Assembly (NCBI RefSeq): GCF_002113885.1
Contig: NW_018404123.1
Span: forward strand, 153,767 to 217,766
Length of the DNA: 64,000 nucleotides
From: Mizuhopecten yessoensis
Lineage: Eukaryota
Direction of reading: 5' to 3'
The notes beneath the pieces are model-generated. The model saw only the letters and a list, made by a program, of their open reading frames with translations. It ran no database searches and was not told the origin of the DNA. Of this stretch, positions 1 to 12,846 are shown piece by piece (positions within the stretch are counted from its first letter, which is position 1; each line of letters starts with the position of its first letter). The position numbers were made by a program, and so were the translations under genes.

Positions 1-1147
1 TTGTCATACTCACAAATTCGTCTGAACTCTCCCGCTGTTTTATATAAACGTAATTCCCCTTCCTCCGAACTTTTTCAAAACAAAATAATGATTCCGGTCC
101 CACTTTCTCTTTGCTGCCGCGCAAGAATCTCAAATCCCCTTCTCCAAAGAATGACGTGTGAGTCTTCAGGTGTGTAGCGTGATATTTCATCCATTTCACG
201 GAACAAAGTTCGAAATCTCCTTGAGTAATCCAGCTTTGATCTTGCAAAAGGTTTTTCTGTTCAAGAAACTTCATAAGAAGGTCAAAGTTTTCTTCCTTGA
301 TGTAGGAAACAATGTAGACGTATTCTTTTGTGGGTTTGAGAAACATACTGAGAGCTTCTCTGTCTTGTTCATCAAAGGAGCCGATCACGCGTTGTATACC
401 TCCGGCCAGATGTTGACTGTGGGCTGTGGAGTTAGTGATTGTATAGAACTGACTCAGAATCATGTCACGCAGTGATGCAAGCTTTATGTATAACTCGATA
501 AATTGCATTGCTTTCTTGGCCTTCTCGATCTTTTTGTTTTGGTCATTCTCTTTATGTTCCTTTGCAAGTTCTTTTATTAGCTTTCCGAGCTTGCGAAGAA
601 ACGTGGCACCTTGGAAAATATTCATTTGAATATTTATATTTGTTATATCATGCTCCGAAAGGTCCGCTTTCCCTCCTGTTTGGTTAAGGAAGTCAAATGC
701 AAACCGATATAAAAGGTGGAGATCATCGCCTTCCTGTTGTAGTGTTTCATCGTTGTGGCCAGAAAATGTTCGTTTGATTTCATCTTCGACAACCTTCCCT
801 ATGGTGACTGTGTTACCCCCAAAAGAGGAGAAAACTTTACTTAACACCCCACAAATGACGGGAACCACGGGTGCACCCAAACCTGTCAAAGAGGACACAG
901 ATGACACTACACCTACCACGCCAAGCAACAGCTGGTTGGGATCACCACTAGTGAACTGCGGCAGATGTCCATACAGCTCTTGAAGATGAGACAGCAGCTC
1001 CTTCAATTTATCTGGATTTACCGATCCATCTTCGGTTTCAAAATATTGTTTGGCACTCGTACATTTTTCTGTTATATTTACACTTGTAGGTTGTAAATAT
1101 TCTTCAATCTTGGAGAGAGCGTCAGATATATCACCAGCAGACGACAT
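1..1147 (-). CDS. Jellyfish-toxin family (CfTX-1/CrTX-A/CaTX-A-like) pore-forming protein, 3' partial (382 codons in window)
   Basis: Hand translation from ATG at 1147 is open to the window edge: MSSAGDISDALSKIEEYLQ...LQELYGHLPQFTSGDPNQLLLGVVGVVSSVSSLTGLGAPVVPVICGVLSKVFSSFGG...NIFQGATFLRKL...AMQFIELYIKLASLRDMILSQFY...HSQHLAGGIQRV...SVKWMKY. The motifs SGDP, xxQGxxF, LxSLRDxIL and HSxxxAxGI occur in the same order as in cubozoan CfTX-type toxins (from memory). Acceptor tattttcag ends at 1190. Confidence 0.85.
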   Translation of the reverse strand, partial: MSSAGDISDALSKIEEYLQPTSVNITEKCTSAKQYFETEDGSVNPDKLKELLSHLQELYGHLPQFTSGDPNQLLLGVVGVVSSVSSLTGLGAPVVPVICGVLSKVFSSFGGNTVTIGKVVEDEIKRTFSGHNDETLQQEGDDLHLLYRFAFDFLNQTGGKADLSEHDITNINIQMNIFQGATFLRKLGKLIKELAKEHKENDQNKKIEKAKKAMQFIELYIKLASLRDMILSQFYTITNSTAHSQHLAGGIQRVIGSFDEQDREALSMFLKPTKEYVYIVSYIKEENFDLLMKFLEQKNLLQDQSWITQGDFELCSVKWMKYHATHLKTHTSFFGEGDLRFLRGSKEKVGPESLFCFEKVRRKGNYVYIKQRESSDEFVSMT

Positions 1148-1559
1148 CGCAGTTTTTGCATTGAAGGGGATTGTTTTTGTGTGTTTGCTCTGAAAATAGA
1201 TTAAATGGTAGTTAATAAGATACAATTTTAAAGATCGGGAAAAGTAATTAAGATCGAGATAGGAAGGAAGGAAGGAAAACAGAGAGAGATAGAGAGAGGC
1301 GGAGACTGACAGACATAGGCGTACGTAACCTCATTAGTTGAAATATCTGGATATAGAAAAGGAGACATTTTTTTTTTAAATAATTCATTTATATCAATAT
1401 CTTAGGAAACATTATCTATTTAACGTTTATATATTCATTTCAACTAACCATTTTTTGTATAGCTGGAATTATGTTAAGAAATGATACCTTTTTTTTCGGG
1501 GGAGAGGGGGGGGGTAATCTTGAATTCATTAGTAATAGGGCTATTATGGAAACCTTTAA

Positions 1560-2596
1560 GGTACATGCATGTTATCATGTTACAATAGATAGGTAAATTT
1601 ATCAGGTCACTTTAGAAACGTACACTGAACATGTCACAATAAATAGGTACAGTTATCATGTCACCATATATTAGTACATTTAACATATCACAAAAGATAG
1701 GTACATTTACTATGTCACAATAAATGGGTAAATATCATGTCACAATAAATGGGTACATATATCATGTCACAATAAATAGGTATATGTATCATGTCACAAT
1801 AAATGGGTACAATTATCATGTCACAATAGATAGGTAAATTTATCAGGTCACTTTAGAAACGTACACTGAACATGTCACAATAAATAGGTATATGTATCAT
1901 GTCACAATAAATGGGTACAATTATCATGTCACAATAGATAGGTAAATTTATCATGTAACTATAGAAAAGTACATTGAATATGTCACAATAAATAGGTATA
2001 GATATCATGTCACAATAGATAGGTACATTTATCATGTCACAATAGATATGTACATTTATCATGTCACAATAGATATGTACATTTATCATATCACAAAAGA
2101 TAGGTACATTTATCATATCACAAAAGCTAGGTACATTTACTATGTCACAATAGATGGGTAATATATAAAGTCACAACAGATGGAAACATTGATCGTTTCA
2201 AAATTGATGGGTAAAGATATAAAATCACAATAGATCGGTACATTTATCATGTCACAATAGACGGGTACAGTCATCATGTCACAATACATTATTACATTTA
2301 TAATGTCAAAATTGATCGGTAAATATCATGTCACAATAAATGGGTACATATATCATGCCACAATAAATGGGTAAAATTATCATGTCACAATAGATGGGCA
2401 CAGCTATCATGTCACAATAGATAGGTATATTTATCATGTCACACTAGATGGGTATATTTATCATGTCACACTAGATGGGTACAGACATCATGTCACACTA
2501 GATGGGTACAGACATCATGCCACACTAGATAGGTATATTTATCATGCCACACTATATTGGTACAGACATCATGTCACAATAGATGGGTACAGTTAC
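1560..2596. repeat. 27-bp minisatellite (atcatgtcacaatagataggtacattt) upstream of the toxin exon acceptor
   Basis: Direct tandem repetition; explains ORF 1853-2116 (MINVPIYCD repeats). Confidence 0.95.
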
Positions 2597-3533
2597 CTAA
2601 AGCTGACAGCATTATAGGAAAAAGTATAAGACAAAATGAGTAACGATATAAGTACAACTACAGTTGAATTTATGTTTTTAAAAATCTTTCTCTAAAACAT
2701 TATCGACACATTCATTGAACTTATCTAATTTAAATTCTGGTCTACATTGTATGTTGTATGTTGAGTCAACTTTGGCTTGTAGACAGTTAAAGAAATATTG
2801 TAGATTTACCTGCATTTGTATTTAATCGTCATGTTGACCTATCAGTCCATAACACACCGTAAATCAGGATATAGTTTCGGAATGTTTACTAAGGGACGAA
2901 GTGCCTTTGCACTTATGGTATGTTAGAATAAGATTCGCTTGAGAAATCTCTAAACATATGAGTGTATATACAACCTAGCAGACAAACATGCGTGCACCGG
3001 TCATTATATGACAATAAAATCAGTATTATCTGAACTGCAGTTCAAGTATGAAAGATTTAAATATATTGCTTTTGATAGCGACGAGAGAGAAAATTAGAGA
3101 GAATGCACGACAAAATATAGTTTTTTATTTTTTTATTTTGTATGTAGCCATGATACAAATAGTGATATTAAATACGATCTATGAATTATCTTATATCCGA
3201 ATATTTAGACATGCTGATAGGTATTGGACGTGTAAGCATATAAATGATCTTTATCAATTATTTTGTAATAATGTTATAAAAACAACACTTTCAATAAACG
3301 TGCAATGTCAGCTTTTGCATGCCCCTTCCCTAAATTGTATCAGTCATTCCACTCAAACAGGAAGTTAATTAAGATATTATGGTTTAACCAATAGTAATTT
3401 TTTGATAAATCAACCGTTTCATTTACAGCGATTCGTATTTAAACTGAACATATTCTATATAAATATATAAACATGTATGTAGGTAAATATTTAAATAAGT
3501 AACATAAACATGAATAAAACCAGATCAATTTAC

Positions 3534-3636
3534 CTGTTGACACTTGCACACCTGATCTTGCACAGGTAGATGACCGTTGCTTAAATAGACCAAAACTATG
3601 TCAACGCTACTTCAGTTCACCGGCGTTGTTTATATA
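3534..3636 (-). promoter_or_regulatory. Putative TATA box and non-coding first exon of the toxin gene
   Basis: Minus-strand TATATAAA at 3629-3636, then a CAG|GTAAAT donor at 3534/3533. A diverged copy of this block lies at about 4345-4430. Confidence 0.3.
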
Positions 3637-6600
3637 TTCTTAAAGGCACACGGACTCAGCATATGGATAAATCCTGACGCATTTCATATTCCGATACACA
3701 TATATTTATTGAAAAATCTTAAAATGGAAAACAGTGATAGTTTTTATTCCTTTGACGACATTTAAATGTGTTACCCTTTCTCAGAAAGTAAAGTACATAG
3801 CTTTCTCAAATTTGATTAGAGGGTTCTTGCTGTCTCTTATTTGTATATATCATTTCGATAAATTCATGGTGGTGAATGCTTAACCTAACAGACTGTATAG
3901 TGTAAACAGTAAACGGATTTCGAGTCGCTACACATTGTACCACTGGGTTTATTACACTACCATAAATAACACGCCAAGCTTCATAATGTATTGCATTCTA
4001 TAAAACTTTAAACAATTTATGATTAATATGATCAATACATCTAAAATAGCAAAATACAAAATACAAAAAACACCAAGAAAGTGCTTTACCATTATACAGT
4101 AAATGTCTTTTCTCCCACTTCTCTGTCATTTTGCAATCTGTCATAATCTAAAAACAGGAAACCATAAAATGGTGGCAGTCTGTAATCAGGACACTCTACT
4201 GATTGTCGTTTCGTATCCTGTTGTTGATATAATTACGAGTATATCATACAACTCTACTGCTTGTCGTTTTGTCTCCTTGAGTGTGCATTCAATCGTATAC
4301 CCGGGACACTAACATATAAAACACACGAGTCAACTCTTACAATCAATTTTATTTACCTGTGTTTACCTGCACACACATTGACTTTGTACAGGTAAATATA
4401 TATACAAACTTGGTCACGCTATCGGCGTTATCAAATCACATAAGTATGTGATACTTACAGCATATTTTTTAATCTGCAACTACTGAACCGAGGTTTCATA
4501 GTAAGTCAATCACTTTGTTTTGTATGCTTATTGATATTAATGATGCATGTAATACGGCCATGTAAGCCTTTTACAAAAAACTAGTCGTATAAAAGGTTGA
4601 AAGATTTAAAAAAAAAAAAAAAAAAAAAAAAACACAGCTATAAAGGCAACGGTTAACTATAAAGCCCTATAAAAGGTTACATTTGCAACTTTTGGAAACG
4701 AAAGAAATTTTCAACCAATATTACATATCAGCCAAATTATGGTCCATCTGCAATTATTCATTGTATTGTAATTTTACTTTGTATGACTTCTGTGTGAACA
4801 ACATAACATAAATTATCGTGATTTACATTTTTATGAAATTATTTTGCTGAATATGTATAGAACTTTATGTAAACATACATATCAATAGGATATTAAAAAA
4901 TTGTCTAGAATGCAGTGATTTGCTATGAAACACTACCAAATTGTGCAGAGAGAATATCCGCGTTCAGGAATTCTCGAAATCTATTATCTTTATATCATAT
5001 ATATATTATAAACAAATACACAAAAATACTTAAAGCTAAAGAACCTAATGTATATATATTTTCGGTATTTTTTTTTGGCGAAATACTGTCGCTGTAGTCT
5101 TTAATACAGCTGTCATTTGATAAGATATCGTAATCATCACGATTACTGTAGACACAATAGCAATACAGATATATAAGCCTTAAGTGCTTTGTTTAAATAA
5201 TTAATTATCGTCAAACCATCAAAACACAAGAATACTGTTAGTAATAAAATATAAGATATAAACACTCAACCACAGAAATTCAGGAGACACCAAACAAGGA
5301 AAGAGAAAGATATGAAATCCCAAGCAGCTTACCAGGGGCTTCGAAGGTTCGGGTTAAGTCTAGGCAATTATGTATGCTATTTACACTCATCGCAAATGCT
5401 GATATGTCATAGTTGGGAAATTACCTATCAGAAAAAGAGACCTGATTATGTAGATCACTTGTCTACAACGAGAAAGAAAGAACAAATTGTTTACAAAAGA
5501 AGAACAAAAACAACTCATTATACGAATAATTATGTTATATTTTTATTGGAGACAGAAAACAGTTCCTACATTTTTGTTGATTTTTAAACAGTTTCAAAAA
5601 CCCGATGGAAACTTTCGGGTACAATCTTTTTACCATAGGATCGGTATCAATTTGGAGAGTTTATATGCTATTTTGAAAAAATGAGGGCAGTGTGAAAAAA
5701 GATATAAAAAGAAACTGACACCCGTCATATGAATCTACATTATGCAGGTTAAATTCTAGTCATGTTTTCAAAGTGAAAACTAAGAAAGAGACAATACAAC
5801 CACAAGACATATTGAATAAAATGTCGATATTCATCTCAGACAAGGAAATAGATATTTTCGAAGAGATTATGGTACCGACCATACACATTCATCATGTTTC
5901 ATCTCTGTCCTCGAACTCACGACCTACGTTACCAAAGCGCATAGCCTAGACATATCGGCAGCTCCTACCACTACACAACATCAACTTAAAAAGAAGGTGT
6001 CTATGATACAGTGACGACTAAGCCGAATATCTCGACATAGTCATAGTGACAAATCGTCTAGTAATGATATGAGTACATTGCATCTGGATCGCAATGTATA
6101 CATATAGACCTGGATACGCATTCAACAAATATCATTATATATCACCCACAATATAATTACGACAGGTAGTTCACATAGTAAGCCTTCGGGCCAATTTTAA
6201 ACTTCCATCGTCACTTGTATTTCTATGTCATTTAATCAATTCATAAACATAACAAATAAGTACGAAACTTTAAAATCAAACAAAATTCGAAAAAAACCTC
6301 ACAAAAACAGTTCCAACTATATAAAAGGGAAATATTAAGACAGATTTCCTTGCAATAGAACAAGGTTAATAGGACCTGTTTTCCCGGATGGGTACTCTAT
6401 TACACTTATCATAAGTAATATATAAACAACTTTTGTGCGGTACAATTTAGTATAAAGCGGCATCAGGTGACACTCGGATTAAGACCAATTTAAAATGCAC
6501 AAGAGCATGGTCATACAGCCAATAATACTACATACAAAGATACAAACATGGATGATATTAGATACAACAAAGCGTCATAGATGTACAAGAAGACAAAAAC

Positions 6601-6759
6601 AATATAATTAGGTAGTTATGTTCACAGTCAAAATAAAAATCTTAATAGAAACTACTTTCTAGTAGATGAAGCGAACAATTTCCTGTTAATGTCGCATGTT
6701 TACTTCTATTTTTTGGAAAATGTCCTTAAGTTAGAATTATATTTAATGACCCGTGTTTC

Positions 6760-7517
6760 TTTTTAAGACGTCGGAGATTGCTTCTTGTTTTAAACATGTG
6801 CACACTCATTCTGTGCTACCTGTACGGTGTACACGAGTTCGATGTCATACACAAATTGCATGCGGATATGGGAATTCAGCCATTGGGAGTTTTTAATGCC
6901 AATATATAGAATCCATACAAACAAATTGATATTTTTTTTCATGGATGATTCCGCAAACTTCATGAAAAGCTAACATTCCTCTGCCCTGATGTATGACAAA
7001 ATGTAGAATATTCTTTTGATGGATCTGATCACTTGGTGCACTCATCTGGCTATACGGTTGCTGTGGACTCAATTGCCATCTGATACGTTAGATGGAGGTC
7101 CTCGGCCTCCTCCAGTAGTTTATCATGGCTATGTCCACAATAGATTTCACCATCAAAAACCTAATGTAAGTATGCTACTCGTAGATCTCGAGAAGATAAT
7201 GTAACAAACCACAGATGATCGGGACAGCTTTCCCACCCCAACCTGTGAAGAAGCAGACTAATGGCACTACATCCAGTAGCACCTTGACGCAATTACCACT
7301 AGTGACATCCCAATACAGTCCATAAAGCTGTTGTAACAAGGTAGCTATGTCTACACATATGCTCATGTAATAACGTATGTTTGTTTTGTTGCTATATCTC
7401 TCTTCTAAGAATTTCCGAATCCTGGAGTTGGAGAGGCCATTTCACAAATGACCAACAGACGGCATTGTAACTTTCACGGTGGAAGGAATATCAATGTCAT
7501 TGATGGTTGCGTTGAAT
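6760..7517 (-). pseudogene. Jellyfish-toxin-like pseudogene, copy A
   Basis: Acceptor ends at 7518, ATG at 7465. MPSVGHL*NGLS aligns to MSSAGDISDALS; LQQLYGLYWDVTSGN...TGWGGKAVPIICGLL to LQELYGHLPQFTSGD...TGLGAPVVPVICGVL; CGHSHDKLLEEAEDLHLTY to SGHNDETLQQEGDDLHLLY. Several stops and frameshifts. Upstream 7650-7800 and 8845-8935 resemble 2955-3120 and 3340-3430. Confidence 0.85.
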
Positions 7518-8151
7518 CTGAAATCCATTAAAATTAAATTGATATAATTCAAACCTAAAGTGAAAGTTCACCACTTAATGAATATATCTGATGGTGGGTA
7601 CAATAGATACATGTTTGAGTAACATATGTATGGGAAGTCGCTACACAAACCTATGTATGCAATACCTAGCAAACACGCGTGCACTAATCACGTAAAATGA
7701 AATCATTGTTCATATGTTTTACACATATAAAACATAAATATATTGCTATAAACAGCAACGAAAGAGAATGTCAGGGGAAATGCATGGCAATAATTTGTGC
7801 TTTTAGTAAGAAGAGAACGAAAACGTGATGTTATTTTGTCCTCTGAATTCTATATTACATGAATCTACAGTACGTTGCTTGTAGGTGTCGGATGTGATAG
7901 TGTATAGCTTGATTATTGCCTTCGAAATGGTGCAATTAACTCAACTTTTAGGAAGGTGCTATGTCAGTTGTTTTATGTCTCTTTTTCTGAATCTGGTTTG
8001 GTTTGGTTTACACTAATTAACAGCAATGGTAATTTGAGGACGTTCCATGTTTTGGTGGTGGAGAAAACAGTAGTGTCTTGAGAATAGCATCCGACCTGCC
8101 GCCAGTATCCATCGACTGCCTTATTTAGGAAGGCTAGTGATCGTAGACGCA

Positions 8152-8806
8152 TAGCCTCGTTCAACCAGACGCTTGATCACTTGTTATTCAAGAGTCTGGT
8201 CAAACACAGTTCTTTAGAATAGCCATCAACAGAGGGCAGTGTATTCACTTTTATCGAAAGCAATGTTAGAAAACGTGTCAAATCTCCAGAATAATGTCAT
8301 ATATTTCCACTGAATAAATTGTAACTGAGCACAAAGTCAACAATGCTGACTGAGGTTGGAAAAAAGCATGCAAAGCAAGTGAGAGTTTACCTGTACACCA
8401 TTCAAAACACCACGGGTTCTCACTCAGGTAATCTGGCTTGACTTGTATCAACAGCCTGGTTAGCGTCATGAATTATTGTAAAATATTCAATGAAAAAACA
8501 TGAAATCATTCTTGAGATTTGAAGCATTTTCTTAATTTTTTGTCGATAATAGTGAAAACACGGCTACTTCAGGAATGCATTTACAGGTAAGTTTTTTACT
8601 GAATTAAAAATTCAATGTAGTTTTGCGCCACTCGAATTCTGACTTCAAAAATTGAAAAGGGTATGTCTTCCTTTGACCAACGAAATCATTTACCAGAATT
8701 CTGGTAAGCCTCATTATGACTTCACAAAACAATAGCACTGGGTTTGACCAGACTCTCTGTTCGGCATAGCTTGCGCAGACGACAAGAGTCTGGTTGAACG
8801 AGACTA
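8152..8806. mobile_element. Non-autonomous DNA transposon, AcademH-like
   Basis: TIRs tagcctcgttcaaccagac / gtctggttgaacgagacta (TAG...CTA ends). 9-bp TSD tagacggca at 8807-8815; the left copy lacks one base here but is intact in copy B (23554-23562). Confidence 0.7.
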
Positions 8807-10849
8807 TAGACGGCAATGCGTGTTAACCACTCGACCTTGACTCCTTAGTTATTCGACTCAAACAGGAAGCAAATTGATAAATATAGATTACGGCCATTGT
8901 AAGAATTTGATAAATTGACAATTTTATTTACAGTTTTGAGTATATGTAGTCTTGCGTTATATATAGTACTGAAGGCCTGAGTTGATCTAATATTTATTCT
9001 TTCCTACAAAACTCATAATATATGACATGAACATCTATTACATAACATAACTTATACACGGCGACTGACTCGACAGAAAGTACAACTGAAATATAATCAT
9101 ATCATTTATTGAATAAAGAAATGAATCTGCACCCACACTGACTTACCTGGGACAATGAACCTCAGATGATGTATATATTTGAAGGCTGGATCTGCAGTGG
9201 TTTGAGATCGCGCAGGGAATGACAGGTTCTAAGCATGCGCACACACTCATACCTATGTGTTATGCAATATGTAGGCGGGGTGCCAATTTGGGCCTTCAGG
9301 TAGCTATCACCGATAAGTTTCAGTGTTTTTATTCACACTTACCTAGGGGTTATGCCATCATGATACATGTATGACATGAAATTAAGGTCAGCTTGGAGAC
9401 CATTCCGAGTAATAAAGGGGCAAAGTGAGGGACCAAACTCACAAATGGTCTCTTTTGACAAAACTGCATGTTATGTTTTGAAAGTTTCTTCATGCTCTAA
9501 CTGTACAGGAATAGTTACAAATGTCTCCGAAACAGTCCATGTAGTACTAGTATTAGACATGTCTTTAAGGTAGACCTAGAATGGAGCTCGGAAACCGAAA
9601 CGTAGACATGAAAATGCGGAGATAATTTTGCATTTTGTTTTGAACGTGGCGTAAAGGGTTATAGTGAGTACACAGACAGTTAATATCGCACGGGGACAGA
9701 TAAAATGATACGTGTATTTCCACAACGCCTGATACGATATTATGTGACTACAGTCGTTAAAGTCTTTGTTAGAAACAGTAGCAATTATACTTCAATGCCT
9801 CCCGGGACCACCGGTTGATTATTCTAAAGCCAAATAAACGGAAGAGAATTTTCTAAACATTTTCCTCATGTTGGTAAATATGGATTATGAAAAGTTCTTT
9901 TTAAACAATCAATTATGAGTTTCTATATGACGTTTATATGACTAGTACGGATTGTATACTGTCATCTTCATCAGACAAATGACAAGTGAAGCAAATGCAC
10001 ACAAAGGTGTAAAATTTGTACGAGTTGTCCACAAAATCGATGTCGATTCGGCTACGCTGTAAGCGTATGTACAATAGTTGTTATATATGTACCGAAATGA
10101 TTCGATTCAGATGTGCGAGAGTCTATGACCCCTCTCATCTCGATTTAGAAATGTCCGTCTGCGACGTATCCAGATGGCTCACTTTATGTGCCGCTTGAAC
10201 AGATTGCTCTCTATGTCCAATACTTTAAAGTTATCTCATACAATTACATGTTTTTTTCTGTGTGTCATGGTCTGTGATTGCCGATTATTTGGGACTACGA
10301 CTGCTTCCTTTTTGATCTGGTGAATTTTTCCGGTATTCACAAAGGCAGACCTCAAATCGCCATTCAGTCTCTCCGATATACGATGCGTCGCTGTTTTTGA
10401 ATTCAATTTTGTATACGCATTCTGCGACGGGTTTTTTAATCAATAGTATTGTAGCTTACAGTATCACTATCCATGCTTCTTGAAGCAGAACAGAAATAAT
10501 ATCAACAAAGAAATATCTCCAAAAAAGATAAATTTTAAATAAGCTCTAATGACATATCTATTATGCGAGAATTGCAGCCATAGTCATTATCAAAACAAAC
10601 ACGCAAGAGTTGGCTTTATCGAAAGGCATTCATGTACATATGGTATACATAGATAACATATGAATAGCAAAGAAGTGTTATGAACGAGTGAGTTTAACGC
10701 ATGTCTACGTTAATTGAGGCGATACATATTTAAACTCAACTAATTTTTCAACAATTATGAAGCAAGAAATAGTAAAAAAAAGTTTTGCCAACATAAATTA
10801 TCTGTCTTGTTGACTGCTATATTGAACCGTGTATAGGGCCTAAATATGG

Positions 10850-10940
10850 CAGAAATCGGAGAACCTGGAGAAAACCAGCTTGGTTAGCCTGTTGACCCCA
10901 TAACTTTTCACGCCGATCGAGGAATCGAACTCCAGCCGTA
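10850..10940 (-). mobile_element. tRNA-derived SINE fragment (V-SINE-like)
   Basis: gaaatcggagaacctggagaaaacc motif followed by the reverse-complement B-box ggaatcgaactcc. Confidence 0.45.
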
Positions 10941-11754
10941 AAATGAAGGTGATATCGATATACATTTCGTCATTGTCTGTATGCAAACCTCTGTCAGGGT
11001 TTTTATGTTAAATTTGCTTTGTGTGAAGAATCACGGTCGTATATTGACAGGAGTAAGGGTACGGGTGGCATATTTTTTATGTGATCAGTCGAACTTGTGT
11101 TATTGGTATATGTAAGAGGAACAATGAAAACTGAGTATCGATTAACGCATAGCTAGTCGCTACACCTACTACATTATAATGCGAGACATTATATAATCCA
11201 AAACGATATGTACTAATATGTTTTAATATACGAACGAGACACCAATAACTCAAGCAGTGTTGACTTTACTACACCAGTCGATAGCATTAAAGTAGAGATC
11301 CCACAATGAGGTCCCGTGACTATTTTTCCCGGATCAATGTTTGAGAGTTGATTTTAGTCAATTTGAGGGTGCTGATTAAAATGAGCTCAGGTAAACCTCG
11401 TGAAAATGTTGGCTAACTCGGCCAAACGAGTACAATTCAAAACGGCCGCAACCCGACGTCTGGTATATAAAAATTATTACATATCTTTGCTTCTAGGTGT
11501 CCGTTTTATAAGATATTTGGGTCTAAATATGTATTTGAGGGGTCAGGGATTTTATTTATTAGTCTAATAACTTGATAAAAGTAAGCGTTTGAACGAAAAA
11601 TGGTCTTTTATAATTTTGCTGCCAAAAATCAGGATTACCGCCAGCTGACTGCAAAGGAAAAGACCAGGAAGACGCCCTTAATGGTTTGGATGCAAAGGTT
11701 TCATCTTAAACCAGTGTGTATTAGATAAAAACTCCATTGTATGAAATGTACAGG

Positions 11755-11940
11755 GTATTTTGGTGTACTTGCCTCCTTGTGATAGCACGTATCTGATACC
11801 GACTTTATAGTGCTATCTCACTGAAATACCATGCTGAAGGAACCCAGCACAGCATTCCGTCCGGTCACTTTATACTGACAACGGGTGAACCAGTTGTTGC
11901 CAATTCCCATAATACTGAACGTTCAGCAGGAAATAACAAC
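11755..11940 (-). mobile_element. SINE core fragment (same family as 26405-26770)
   Basis: Shares ccggtcac-ttatactgacaacgggtgaaccagt with 26405-26770. Confidence 0.55.
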
Positions 11941-12846
11941 CCCACCCCCCCACCCCCCCACACACACACACACATACATTCTGAAGGGGTACCACATTAG
12001 TGCCCTCAACCTAATGTACAAGACATGCAGAAAAATTGCCTGTTATTTTAAGGGCATACTTTATGTTCAAAGGAAATAAGTCCTTTAATAGCGACAAATT
12101 CAAGCGACTAGAGATAAGGTGTAAAAGGGTATGTTTGAATACTCTTTTATATTGTAATCTAAAGGTATACGTCAACAGTCATAATAGAAAATAGCATACT
12201 TGTTTGTGTATTTATTTCTCACGTAATGTGTCTGTATTAGACACGACATTCTCGGTTTAAGGTCACTTCCGGTACAGGGCGGGTATCCGGTCGCGATAAA
12301 TCGTTTATTGTTACAATGTAGAAGGACTGAGTAACTTAAAGCCTTTCTGAAATGTTTCTCCATAAACATGATGGTGAGGTGGTGTTTAAAAGTGTGACTT
12401 CAGTTTACAAGGTATGTGTGTATCACTTTACATAACATGCTCCTTTCAGTAAGTATAATTAGCGTTTAAAAGTTGCAAAAGTGTCCTGAAAGCACCATCG
12501 TATCTAACTTCAATATTGAACAGTATTATTATACTGATATCACGTTACTCATAATAAAATAATCAATGTTTATTATCACGTCTCTAAATTTATTGTCACT
12601 TGATGCCGTAAAACTTTGATTCACAATGCGATATTATCGGCAATTAGAATGTTCCACTTGTTAGTGCCAAGATTTCTGAAGCTTATTCATTTTGCAACCG
12701 TTGTGCTATAGATTGTCCTATTTTTTGCATATTTTTTATTAAAAATATAAACATATGTCTCTTGATATGTGTTTACTGTACAGTAGAGGATGTATCACTG
12801 TTATACAATAGGTTTGTTTTGTTCGTATTTCCGAGGTGACATAGAC

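Noticed and set aside
8-13. GTGAGT as the donor ending the toxin exon
   Set aside because: The frame stays open through it (DEFVSMT), in what looks like the C-terminal beta-rich domain. It cannot be settled without the adjacent window.
158-983. Plus-strand ORFs 158-475 and 753-983
   Set aside because: Antisense shadows of the toxin CDS.
7442-7444. In-frame TGA shared by both toxin paralogues as selenocysteine or readthrough
   Set aside because: It aligns to a Ser of the intact gene and is followed by further stops and frameshifts; sharing only reflects the later duplication.
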